A DNA stretch of 57,965 nt, taken from positions 1-57,965 of the IMG/VR virus record IMGVR_UViG_3300028398_000001; one strand, given 5' to 3'. Positions 1-8,984 of the stretch are shown here, piece after piece (the first letter of the stretch is position 1; the number at the start of each line of letters is the position of its first letter). Below the pieces are notes generated by a model that saw nothing but the letters and a program-made list of their open reading frames with translations, did no database searches and was not told where the DNA came from. A program made the translations under genes and the position numbers. The DNA is from a virus. Lineage: Duplodnaviria; Caudoviricetes.

Positions 1-127
1 CAACTACATCGGAAATCTCAATCAAAGAGCCATACTGCTCTAATGTTGCTGTAATATCAGTCTTTGTTAACTGCATAGAGTTAGGAGTTACACCCTCTGT
101 CAAAGGTGTAGTAGCAAGAGGCAGAGA
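1..127. repeat. Terminal 127-bp exact overlap (copy 1); circular assembly junction
   Basis: 1-127 identical to 57839-57965; the capsid ORF reads through the join. Confidence 0.97.
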
Positions 128-289
128 GTTATATCTCCTGAAGATTATAGATTTTGTCTCATTTTTAGGAATAGGTTTTGCCTGTAAGAACTTTTCAAGT
201 GTTAATAGAGGCATACCTCTTTCAAGTAATTCTTTTGCAACATAAGCAGCCGTTCTTGGAGAAATATCTCCATAAGTAGTCATAGCCAT
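1..289 (-). CDS. Major capsid protein, 5' part (continues across the junction at 57965-57141)
   Basis: ATG at 289 after GGAGG; MAMTTYGDISPRTAAYVAKELLERGMP...IIFRRYNSLPLATTPLTEGVTP runs into the 57141..57941 ORF; about 328 aa total, N4-gp56-like. Confidence 0.9.
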   Translation of the reverse strand, partial: MAMTTYGDISPRTAAYVAKELLERGMPLLTLEKFLQAKPIPKNETKSIIFRRYNSLPLATTPLTEGVTPNSMQLTKTDITATLEQYGSLIEISDVV

Positions 290-292
290 TTT

Positions 293-1258
293 TTATCCTC
301 CTTCACGCAAAGCTTCTTCAAAAGCCTTTTCAAAGTCATTCATATCAGGTGGTGGCACTCCTTCAGGAGATTTAGTCCTGGTTTGAGGAGTGGGTTTAGG
401 CTTTGGTTTAGGCTTTTGAGTAGCTTGTGTTTGTATTTTTTTATCTCTTTTAAATTCGTTTAACAAAGCAATAACCTCATCCGCAGTGCCTTCCTCAAGG
501 ATTTCCTTATAGGTTTGAGCTATCCTTGCAGGCATAGTCTCAATCCACTGGTTAAGCTCATCACTTCCAATATACTGCTCAAAATCTGGATGAGCTTCTC
601 TAATAGCATTAATATGCTGCTGAAGCTGCGTTTCCATAACTGTTTCTTCAACAGGTTTGTATTTTTCCTCAACCTGCTGTAAGAGCATTTGCATAGCTTG
701 AGACACAGCCACAGTATATTTTTCCATAACTGACTTAATACTACCTTCAACCAAATTCGCAACTTCTGGAAATTCCTCCACAAGTTCAGATAACTCTGGA
801 TTTTCTTTGATGGCTTCAGATACCCAAGACATATCGGGTTTAGGAACTTCTTTGGATGTCTGTTCATTATTTTGAACAGTATTATCTGGCTTCTGTTCTT
901 CCTCCTGTTGAGATTTACCAGATAACTCTTGAAGCTGTTTCTTAAGTTCCTCAATCTCCTCTTTTTGAGATTTAAACATTCCCTGAAGAGTTTTATACCT
1001 CTGTAAGATAAGAGCAGGGTCTTCAATGTCATCTTCAGTAGTAGTCTCATCTTCAGTAGTGGTATTCTCTTCTTCAGTAGTAGTTTCATCTTCATCTGTT
1101 GTAGTTTCTTCAGTGGTGTCTTCAGTGTTTTCATTTCCTTCAGGGACTTCCTCATTTTCAGTGTCTTGGGTTTGTTCAGGATTTGGATTTTCCTCCTCCT
1201 GATTTTTGTTTACCCCTGTAGCCTCATCAAAGAAATCCTCAATAGTCTTATCCATCAT
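293..1258 (-). CDS. Probable capsid scaffolding protein
   Basis: Very acidic E/T-rich N-terminus and coiled coil; lies between portal and capsid genes. Confidence 0.65.
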   Translation of the reverse strand: MMDKTIEDFFDEATGVNKNQEEENPNPEQTQDTENEEVPEGNENTEDTTEETTTDEDETTTEEENTTTEDETTTEDDIEDPALILQRYKTLQGMFKSQKEEIEELKKQLQELSGKSQQEEEQKPDNTVQNNEQTSKEVPKPDMSWVSEAIKENPELSELVEEFPEVANLVEGSIKSVMEKYTVAVSQAMQMLLQQVEEKYKPVEETVMETQLQQHINAIREAHPDFEQYIGSDELNQWIETMPARIAQTYKEILEEGTADEVIALLNEFKRDKKIQTQATQKPKPKPKPTPQTRTKSPEGVPPPDMNDFEKAFEEALREGG

Positions 1259-1286
1259 TCCTCCTTCTGCCTACCTTTAATATAGG

Positions 1287-1475
1287 TTAGGCAAGTAATC
1301 TCAAAAGTTTTCTATATGCCTTAATACTGCCCTGAATGAAAGCGATTTCATTTTGGGCAGCAGTTTCCAGTGCATTTCTTTCATCTTCAATTAGCAGCTC
1401 CAATAAATCCTTAAGTTTGTATTTCAAGTTGTCCTCTTTTATTAATGTAATTAACTCACTCTTGTCCTTACTCAT
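1287..1475 (-). CDS. Small helical hypothetical protein (head module)
   Basis: 62-aa ORF overlapping the portal stop, GGAGG RBS. Confidence 0.6.
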   Translation of the reverse strand: MSKDKSELITLIKEDNLKYKLKDLLELLIEDERNALETAAQNEIAFIQGSIKAYRKLLRLLA

Positions 1476-3361
1476 TTATTACCTCCTAATAAATCCTTGT
1501 CAAGAGTTGACTTTGATTTAGCCAACATGTGAGTTGCTTTAGCTTTAGTATATTCAACATTAGCTGCAAGTTCTTCTTTAGTAAGCTGATTGAGTTCTGG
1601 GTCTTGCTGTTGTGCAATTTCTTGCTGAACTTCCTCTGGACTTTTAATAATATCTTCATAAGGTAGTCCAAGAAGTTTAACTTCGTGCTTGTAAAGATTA
1701 TACTTATTAATATATATCTCATCTTGAGGTGGAATGGAATTATTAAATTGAGCAAGTGAAGATAACATTTTTTCTTTATAAACTTGGCTCTCATAGCCAA
1801 ATCCTTTTACAATATATTTTATAGAAAATGCTTCTTTTAGCCTATCATTATAATTAGCATTCCATTCAATAAGCTCTTTTAATATCTTTATATTTTCTTT
1901 TTCATATCCTCTTACAATATCAGCTATAGACATATTAGTGTTAGCTGATAGCTGTGTAAAACCTGTTGCTGTTGTATTTGCTGGTAAATTATCAGGATTT
2001 CCCCATACAAAAGCAGGCAAATTACTTTCCTCATCTCCAAACTGTTTAAATATATTTATAATGGTAGCATACTCTGGAATATGACTATTACCAGAAATAG
2101 ACCTTATAGCAGGATATTGAGCTTCTTGTCCTCTACCTTCTCTATACCATATTTTTCTTGGATATTGAGTTGAGATATCCTGCCCTTCTACTAATAAATC
2201 TACATTAACCTCAAGCTGGTCTCCAACTACTGAAGTTGCATTATCCAAAATCATACGAGCAGCACCACATATAGCCAATTGAGTTCCTCTTAAAATTTTA
2301 GGAAGACCTGTTCCAAAAATAGAGCTATCATCTTTTTCATAATAATAAAAGTGGTAAATGCTATTAGGAGTTTCTAAAGGAAATGTCTCAAGTTTTATAA
2401 CCTTATTTCCTAACAGCCAAACATTTGCCATATATGCTTTTTTAGGATTGTATTTATCTTCATCTAATAAATGTCCATCTATATATCCCCAATACTCTAA
2501 AACAACATACTGACCTGTTATAGAAGTGGATTTAACTTTCTCTGTGGATAAACCTTCTAATTCAACTTCCCAATTTGGCTTTATATAATTACCATCAGGA
2601 TGTTCCTTTATAAAATTCATAATAGTAGTTTCATCAAAACCTTCAAATTTAGATAAATTTATCAGGTCTTTTTTAGACATCTTATGCCTTTGAAATACAT
2701 AGCTAATTTTATCAGCATCATAAGTTGAAGTATCTGGATAAATATCCCAAATAGGAATATACTCAACATAAGGTTCATATTCAGTTTCTTCATTTTGAAT
2801 GATATTTTCACCATCATAATATATGTTATTAACCTGTCTGGTTCTGGTTAAAATACCTTTTAAAATACCTGTTCCATATAAAACAGCTGAATAATTTGTA
2901 GCTTTAAACATTTCCTCAAATTTCATTTCTGTTAGCTGTTCAGAAATCTCATTTTCTACCTGGTCTTTTAAATTATTCATTTTATTTTGTATAATTTGTT
3001 TTACTTTATTTGTATCAACCTGAATACCCTGCTGTGTTAGCTGATTTACTTCTTCCATAACATTCTTAATAATAAAGGTAGGGACTTTTTGAGTTTTATC
3101 TACAACTATCTCCCAAGCCTTATTTATAATAGGAAAGAAGATTTGATTTATTTTAGATATGGTAGGTTTAACTTTTGAACGAGTATAATTTGGATAAGCT
3201 TCTGAACCACCATATTGCCTAATTTTTGCTAAAATATCTGGGTCATATTGACTTTTAAACTGGCGGATATTTTGTATCCACTCCTGCTCTTTTAATTTCC
3301 TATCAGCCGAAACCGTTGTAAAATAATTATTTAATGTTTGAGCAATTTTTTCTTTTTTCAT
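1472..3361 (-). CDS. Portal protein (podovirus-type)
   Basis: 629 aa, directly after TerL; portal-like segments WDIYPD, VLEYWG, SIFGTGLP, ARMILDN. Confidence 0.85.
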   Translation of the reverse strand: MKKEKIAQTLNNYFTTVSADRKLKEQEWIQNIRQFKSQYDPDILAKIRQYGGSEAYPNYTRSKVKPTISKINQIFFPIINKAWEIVVDKTQKVPTFIIKNVMEEVNQLTQQGIQVDTNKVKQIIQNKMNNLKDQVENEISEQLTEMKFEEMFKATNYSAVLYGTGILKGILTRTRQVNNIYYDGENIIQNEETEYEPYVEYIPIWDIYPDTSTYDADKISYVFQRHKMSKKDLINLSKFEGFDETTIMNFIKEHPDGNYIKPNWEVELEGLSTEKVKSTSITGQYVVLEYWGYIDGHLLDEDKYNPKKAYMANVWLLGNKVIKLETFPLETPNSIYHFYYYEKDDSSIFGTGLPKILRGTQLAICGAARMILDNATSVVGDQLEVNVDLLVEGQDISTQYPRKIWYREGRGQEAQYPAIRSISGNSHIPEYATIINIFKQFGDEESNLPAFVWGNPDNLPANTTATGFTQLSANTNMSIADIVRGYEKENIKILKELIEWNANYNDRLKEAFSIKYIVKGFGYESQVYKEKMLSSLAQFNNSIPPQDEIYINKYNLYKHEVKLLGLPYEDIIKSPEEVQQEIAQQQDPELNQLTKEELAANVEYTKAKATHMLAKSKSTLDKDLLGGNK

Positions 3362-3379
3362 AGATTTCTCCTTACATTA

Positions 3380-4828
3380 TTAATAACCTGCATAAGAGAT
3401 AGCAGGTTGGAAGTTAACTTTAGGTATTACCTTTTTCTTGGTATTATCCTGTGAAATATGCAAGCAAAGATATTGCAAAGCATCGTGTATGTGTGAATAC
3501 TCATTTTTATCTGGAGTTTCTGTATATCTGGTTTCAGAAACCCGCAGTTTTCTATAATGATAGCCAGATATAAATCCTTTCCTTAACATAGGACATCTTT
3601 TAGATAGCTTAAATCTTGGCTTACCTTCCACTAATGAATTAAGGAAAAATTCCACAGCACCTATTCTATCTACTAAACTATTGGTTCTTGCGGGTATAGC
3701 TTTATAACCATTCCTTCTTAAAATATCAAAACAGGAGCTCTCATCTGATTGAGAACGCTGGACACCAGCTGGGTCTCCAACTATCTGCAGTTCATAATTA
3801 GGATAAAGCTGCTGTATATGAGGAGTAAAATAATATTTTATAAACTGCTCAAGACCAACACCATCAGAAGTCAGCTCATCCAAAATATGCAAAATACCTT
3901 TAGGAGTTACCTGCCCTATTACAGCAGAAGGATTTAACCCAAAGTCAAACCCTATTATTAATGGTAGGTCAGGTATAGGTTCTATTTCATAATCAGCATA
4001 ATGTATGCTATCGCTATATGATTTCTCATAAACAGGCTTTCCATATTTTAATATGCCATACTCACCTTTTATATACACTCTTATAAAATCTTCACTCTTA
4101 CCTTCAGCCAACCTTGTATAATAATCAGGAGGAAGTCCAGGAGTTATACCACAATTAGGGTCAAGTTTTAATTTTTCATACTCATCAGGTTTTAACAAAT
4201 TTTCTGCATTAGGAGATAAACCAGATGGCTGTTTAAACAACCGCCAACTTTTAGGTTTTTCAATTTCAAATTTCCTATACCACCAGCTCTCATCATCAGG
4301 AGGGTTGGTATCCATCCAAATACCAGACCAAGTGCACCCACCATCCTTCATAGAAGGATACCTACCTATCCTACCCGTCAAAGCTTCTATAATCTCCAAC
4401 GGCACTTCCCGTGCCTCATTTACCCACGCACCCGTTAACTCCAAAGACATCAAGTTCTCAACATCTTCAGGCTTATCCAACGCTCTAAATATCAGCTCAA
4501 TTTCCGTATCAGGAAACGCAGTTATAGTATAAGTATTTCTTGATACATTATATCTACCAAAAACAGCAGGTGGCAACCAATCAAATATCGTCTTCTTGGT
4601 AGTATCTTCCAGCTGCTTATAGGTCTGCCTTATAACAGCAAACCTTGTCCTCCTTTTACCATCCAGCAAAACATCTTGAGCCAGCCCTCGTCTTACCAAC
4701 TCTATGGTGCAGGCAGAGGATTTACCAGACCCAAAAGGACCAACAATACCCCTCACCATAGCATTACATTTAGCAAACTCTCTTAAAGTAGGAACTCGCT
4801 CATAGCTATAATTTAAATTATAAATCAT
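3380..4828 (-). CDS. terL: Terminase large subunit
   Basis: Walker A GPFGSGKS, Walker B-like AWVNEARE, DTNPP, nuclease motifs GFDFG, GDPAG, HIHDALQY. Confidence 0.95.
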   Translation of the reverse strand: MIYNLNYSYERVPTLREFAKCNAMVRGIVGPFGSGKSSACTIELVRRGLAQDVLLDGKRRTRFAVIRQTYKQLEDTTKKTIFDWLPPAVFGRYNVSRNTYTITAFPDTEIELIFRALDKPEDVENLMSLELTGAWVNEAREVPLEIIEALTGRIGRYPSMKDGGCTWSGIWMDTNPPDDESWWYRKFEIEKPKSWRLFKQPSGLSPNAENLLKPDEYEKLKLDPNCGITPGLPPDYYTRLAEGKSEDFIRVYIKGEYGILKYGKPVYEKSYSDSIHYADYEIEPIPDLPLIIGFDFGLNPSAVIGQVTPKGILHILDELTSDGVGLEQFIKYYFTPHIQQLYPNYELQIVGDPAGVQRSQSDESSCFDILRRNGYKAIPARTNSLVDRIGAVEFFLNSLVEGKPRFKLSKRCPMLRKGFISGYHYRKLRVSETRYTETPDKNEYSHIHDALQYLCLHISQDNTKKKVIPKVNFQPAISYAGY

Positions 4829-4855
4829 CCAAAAAACCCCACTATGAAATCAATT

Positions 4856-5260
4856 TCACTTCAGCCCTTCAATATTAATATTTATCTGCGTTGCATTTAA
4901 GTTTTTCTCTTGAGCCTCTTTACCTATATCTATTATCAACCTCAACAAAGCTATTACATTTTTGGGGTTTTGTTTTAAATACTTGGTGAGCAGCTTCCTA
5001 CCACCAGCTTCCACATAAGCAGAAAATAAATCCTGTGCTATAAAACCATTAAAACTTTTGGCTTTAAACCTCTCCGCAACTATTTCCCTAACCGCCGCTT
5101 CAACTTTCGCAGGGATTTCATCTTTCTCTAAAGAGATTATCTCCTCAAAATTTAAAATCTCTTTCTCTAAATTCGCCAGATATTTTTCAGTAGAAGTCCT
5201 TAACTTCCTACCTCTTTTTTTCTGCTCGTTCTCAATCTTATTAACCTGTATTCTTTTCAT
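4856..5260 (-). CDS. Candidate terminase small subunit
   Basis: 134 aa immediately upstream of terL; basic N-terminus KKRGRK, C-terminal ININI strand. Confidence 0.55.
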   Translation of the reverse strand: MKRIQVNKIENEQKKRGRKLRTSTEKYLANLEKEILNFEEIISLEKDEIPAKVEAAVREIVAERFKAKSFNGFIAQDLFSAYVEAGGRKLLTKYLKQNPKNVIALLRLIIDIGKEAQEKNLNATQININIEGLK

Positions 5261-5815
5261 AACACTAAATCAATACCAACTAACAGCATAGTTGTCAAGT
5301 TTAAACTACCTCCAGAACCCTCATTCGGGTATTTTCAGTAGGGTGATTTACCCAGAGTTAATTTCTTTGCAAATGCTGTTATAAAGCCAATAACTAAAAA
5401 TCGGTAAAAAAAATCATATATAGGAAAATTTTTACAGAGGATGACTATTAAGTATAAGTTAATAAAATCCATATATCTAATGGAAAATTTTTATTTGTTA
5501 TAGCCATTTTTAAGCCTATTTTTCACTAACTATTTTTTAACTCAAAAATAATTCCCTATATGTGGAAAAATTTTTTGCAATTTTAGCATTTGGCTTCATA
5601 ACAACAATATCTAAAAATTAACTCTTATTTAGTAAATTTCAAAACACCACCCTTTTTATATAACATACTTACATACTATACTATCTCCACTAAAATCTCG
5701 TAAGTATTGTTTTTAAAGCAATTGCCAAGATTTTAATAATTTTTATTACCAAATAACCAAAAACATAACTAAAACCTTAAGAAAATTCAGCTACTTCCAG
5801 TAGCTTTTCCCATAC

Positions 5816-5832
5816 TTTTGAGCCGCTCAAAA
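5816..5832. promoter_or_regulatory. Palindromic operator-like site TTTTGAGC-C-GCTCAAAA
   Basis: Perfect 8-bp arms; 15/17 inverted copy at 6808-6824. Confidence 0.4.
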
Positions 5833-5844
5833 ACCATAAAATTA

Positions 5845-5985
5845 ATACCAAATATACATAAGAGGAATTTATATAAGACTAACACCAAATTTACATGATA
5901 ACACTAAATCTACATACGAGGAATTTACATGATAACACTAAATCTACATATGACTAACACCAAAACACTAAATTTGCATAAGAGG
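5845..5985 (+). repeat. Degenerate array of about seven AATHTACAT-like cores, including an exact 29-bp duplication
   Basis: AATTTACATGATAACACTAAATCTACATA at 5888-5916 and 5922-5950. Confidence 0.85.
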
Positions 5986-6062
5986 TTAATGTTGCATCAT
6001 CATCACGGGGGGATGAGGGAATTTGGGGCATATAGCCCCCTGCTGATATAAGAATTCTTTTT

Positions 6063-6160
6063 TTGACAGGAAATTGACAGGTTTTTTGACAGGCTAAAAA
6101 GCTTACTGTTGACGGCAAAATCATTGAGTTATTGACAGGAAATTGACAGAGTTTTTGACA
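6063..6160 (+). repeat. Phased array of TTGACA(GG) boxes
   Basis: Copies at 6063, 6074, 6086, 6109 (TTGACG), 6132, 6143, 6155. Confidence 0.9.
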
Positions 6161-6246
6161 AATAAAGTTAAAAAAATTTTAGTAATGTTAAAAATATGCG
6201 GTTGTTATAAGTTTATAGCGTTTAAAAACTGCTGATTTTTGGCAAT

Positions 6247-6274
6247 AAAAAAAGCCAACCTTTAGCGGTTGGCT
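6247..6274 (-). terminator. Intrinsic terminator of the 6296..6562 gene
   Basis: Stem AGCCAACC/GGTTGGCT followed by a T-tract on the - strand. Confidence 0.85.
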
Positions 6275-6295
6275 GTTGTGGTGTTTGATTTTAGG

Positions 6296-6562
6296 CTATA
6301 AGGTTAGTTCTGGTTCTCGTTTCTTGTTGTTTGGTTTAATATCCTTGATGAAGCCGTATAAAATACCTTTTGATGTTAATACTGCTTGAATGTTGTGCTT
6401 GTTTAGATATTTGTTGAATTCTACAAGATTTGAAGAAATATCATCTGGATTTAACCCTGATAACTTGCAGAAGCTTTTATAGCTTCCCCAAGATTTAGCC
6501 ACAGAATAACCTTTTGACTTTGCCTGTTTGATATCCTTTGTAACCTTTTCAAATAACTTCAT
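6296..6562 (-). CDS. Stand-alone small basic hypothetical protein
   Basis: 88 aa with RBS GAAGGGGG, its own promoter and its own terminator. Confidence 0.8.
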   Translation of the reverse strand: MKLFEKVTKDIKQAKSKGYSVAKSWGSYKSFCKLSGLNPDDISSNLVEFNKYLNKHNIQAVLTSKGILYGFIKDIKPNNKKREPELTL

Positions 6563-6611
6563 AACTCAACCCCCTTCAAAAAAGTTTTTTTGGCTCTTTC
6601 AAGCCTGCCAC

Positions 6612-6640
6612 AGGATAGCAAAAAAAAGTTTAATTGTCAA
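6612..6640 (-). promoter_or_regulatory. Sigma70-type promoter (leftward)
   Basis: TTGACA-N17-TATCCT with extended -10 TGn. Confidence 0.8.
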
Positions 6641-6932
6641 AAATGGCGATAGGACAGGAATTTTTGAAAAGCTTTCTTATTAAAAGAGAGATTAAGATAT
6701 TTATAAAGTTATAAACCTGCTCAATTTAGTATACTATATAACATATATATTTTTAGAAATCAGCCGAAATCTTGGAATTTTTTATTTAATACGGGGATAG
6801 GTTATTTTTTTGAACGGCTCAAACCTGCGGGATTTTTTTGGGATATAAAAGATATGATATTAGATTTAGTAGATATGAGATAACTGGAGCGGCGGGTTTG
6901 TTGTTGGCGTTGGAACGGCGGTTTTTGGAAAT

Positions 6933-6961
6933 TTGACAGGTGGGTTGGAGTTTGGTAAGCT
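6933..6961 (+). promoter_or_regulatory. Sigma70-type early promoter (rightward)
   Basis: TTGACA-N17-TAAGCT with extended -10 TGn. Confidence 0.8.
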
Positions 6962-6969
6962 GATGGCAA

Positions 6970-7021
6970 GCTTGTTGGAGCAAGCCAGTGCAAGCGATTG
7001 CACAGTTTGCTTTTAACAAGC
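6970..7021 (+). other. Long 5'-leader RNA hairpin with GNRA tetraloop
   Basis: GCTTGTT/AACAAGC, GGAGCAAGC/GTTTGCTTT (G-U pairs), GTGCAA-GCGA-TTGCAC. Confidence 0.7.
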
Positions 7022-7048
7022 AAAAAAATTTTATTTGGGAGGTTTAAG

Positions 7049-7270
7049 ATGAGTAGAAAGGTTGAGACATTAAAGGAACTGGTATTTGGGGGTGCAAGGA
7101 TAATATCTATAAACGATGAAAAAGCAGCAGAGATAATGCAAAAAGGTAAGTTAACAGCAAGGATATACAACATAACTTCTCCTGATAGATTAAACTTCGA
7201 GATTTACAAAGTGTATGGTATGGGAACAGGCGAGATTTATATTATAGACCACGAGGATTATGCAGAATAA
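7049..7270 (+). CDS. First early small hypothetical protein (73 aa)
   Basis: ATG 7049 after GGGAGG, within ORF 6998..7270. Confidence 0.75.
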   Translation: MSRKVETLKELVFGGARIISINDEKAAEIMQKGKLTARIYNITSPDRLNFEIYKVYGMGTGEIYIIDHEDYAE

Positions 7271-7280
7271 TTTAAAAACA

Positions 7281-7318
7281 AAGGCAGTAGGATAACCTGC
7301 TGCCTTATTTTATTTTTT
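7281..7318 (+). terminator. Intrinsic terminator
   Basis: AAGGCAGTAGG-ATAA-CCTGCTGCCTT then ATTTTATTTTTT. Confidence 0.8.
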
Positions 7319-7342
7319 AAAAAAAATTTTTGGAGGTAAGAA

Positions 7343-8209
7343 ATGTTTGAAATTAAGAAAGTAGGTGCTGAAATAGAATTTTCAAGCAGTGAAGAAACAC
7401 TGCTTGGAAAGTTTCTGGCATTGTATAATGCAAAAAGAAGATTTAGCGTTAATAGATTATACAAAGAGAACGAGATAATATACGAATACCGCTGCCCTGT
7501 AATAAGAGCAGCACATTATAGGAATTTCGTTAAATTCTATTATATGATATCGCTATTATCAAACGCAGATTATGTTGAGGGTGGTTCAGACAGAGCAGCT
7601 GGCTCAATGCATACGCACTTGGAGATTTGGAAGGATGGCGAGAAAATAAATAGCACAGAGCAGCTGCCAGATATTTACATAGAGAGCATAATAAATGATT
7701 TAGGAGATGCGATGGGCAGATTTAAATATCCCGAAAGGAATGCTATAGAAGATTTAGCATCTTGGGATACGGATTATACCTTGAGGGATATGCCTTATGA
7801 TAGCAAATCATACGCCATCACTTTCAACACGGGACACAACACGGTAGAAGTGAGGGCAAATGAGACTATACCTGTTTGGTATGTCTTGTTTGATAAATAT
7901 CTCAACGGTGATAGAATGCTAATGTTAAGCTCATACGAGGATAACGCAGCCAATAAATACGAAGCTGCACTATATAGATATTTAAGAGCTAATGAAAGGG
8001 AATATGGGTTAAATGATTTTGCCAGATTTATTGAAAATGAGCTGCCAGAAATACCAGAACTCTGGTATAAACAGATAGATGAGTTTTATGACTATATCAG
8101 CGAAGCTAATTATCAATGCAGGGAGCGGGGCTGGGACTTTAGGATATACAGCGAAGATATAGAAGCTATAAAAAGTAAAATAATCATAAAAAAGAGGAGG
8201 TTGATATAA
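7343..8209 (+). CDS. Putative amidoligase (COOH-NH2 ligase, glutamine synthetase-like fold) 1
   Basis: Ordered motifs GAEIEF, YEYRCP, GSMHTH, TVEVR. Confidence 0.7.
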   Translation: MFEIKKVGAEIEFSSSEETLLGKFLALYNAKRRFSVNRLYKENEIIYEYRCPVIRAAHYRNFVKFYYMISLLSNADYVEGGSDRAAGSMHTHLEIWKDGEKINSTEQLPDIYIESIINDLGDAMGRFKYPERNAIEDLASWDTDYTLRDMPYDSKSYAITFNTGHNTVEVRANETIPVWYVLFDKYLNGDRMLMLSSYEDNAANKYEAALYRYLRANEREYGLNDFARFIENELPEIPELWYKQIDEFYDYISEANYQCRERGWDFRIYSEDIEAIKSKIIIKKRRLI

Positions 8210-8210
8210 A

Positions 8211-8984
8211 ATGTGTGGGATTATAACCTTATTTGAAAAAATAGATGAGAATAATTTATCTCTATGGGATAAATTATCTCATCGAGGAACGGACAGCTAT
8301 GGATATGCCTCTTGGGATGGCAAGAGGATTAGTATTAAGAAAGATTTAACTCCGAGAAGGCTGAAGGGTAAATATAAATGGTCAATACTGCACAATAGAA
8401 AGGCAAGTGTGGGTAAGATAACCAAAACACTTGCTCATCCGATAGAAATAGATGACAAGTATTATATAATACAAAACGGCACGAAAAAGGAAATATATTA
8501 TACACACAGATTGGCTCTATCCGATACACACGGAATAGGGCTAATCTATAAAGAGTTAAAGCATAAATTTAAAATATTTAATTACTTGGATGATACTGGA
8601 GTGGTTTTTGTCATAGATAAAGAGCTAAAATTTATATTTTTTCATAAGGATGAAAGCCGCTCACTATATGTAAATATTGACAAGAAAATGCTTGCCAGTG
8701 AGCCTATAATTGAAGGCACTTGGCAAGAAATTAACGAAGAAAATTATATTTTTACTTTCGATGAGTTTAATTTTGACAATTTTATAAAAACTGTTGAACT
8801 GAACAAGAAAAAAATAAACATAGGCAAAAATGAGCTGTTTAAAACACTATGCGATAATTGCTATAAGATGAAATTGTGTAGAAGGGTAAACGGCAGGGAT
8901 ATTTGTCCTGATTGTGAATATACAGGCAAAAATCCTGTTGTTAAAGTTTATAATCATAGCGTTTATGGGGGTTGGAAATGGTGA
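8211..8984 (+). CDS. Class II (Ntn) glutamine amidotransferase with C-terminal Cys cluster
   Basis: N-terminal MCGI, HRGTDSYG, HNRKAS, AHP, QNGT, SDT; C-terminal CDNC..CPDC. Confidence 0.9.
   Translation: MCGIITLFEKIDENNLSLWDKLSHRGTDSYGYASWDGKRISIKKDLTPRRLKGKYKWSILHNRKASVGKITKTLAHPIEIDDKYYIIQNGTKKEIYYTHRLALSDTHGIGLIYKELKHKFKIFNYLDDTGVVFVIDKELKFIFFHKDESRSLYVNIDKKMLASEPIIEGTWQEINEENYIFTFDEFNFDNFIKTVELNKKKINIGKNELFKTLCDNCYKMKLCRRVNGRDICPDCEYTGKNPVVKVYNHSVYGGWKW

Noticed and set aside
520-1155. Alternative-frame 211-aa ORF in the scaffold gene
   Set aside because: Shadow of a low-complexity GAA/ACT-rich gene; no clear RBS
5888-5950. CRISPR-like 29-bp repeat pair
   Set aside because: Only 5 bp between copies; part of a degenerate tandem array
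6802-7173. Minus-strand ORFs 6802..7173 and 6819..7019
   Set aside because: They overlap the early promoter, leader hairpin and a better-supported + strand gene
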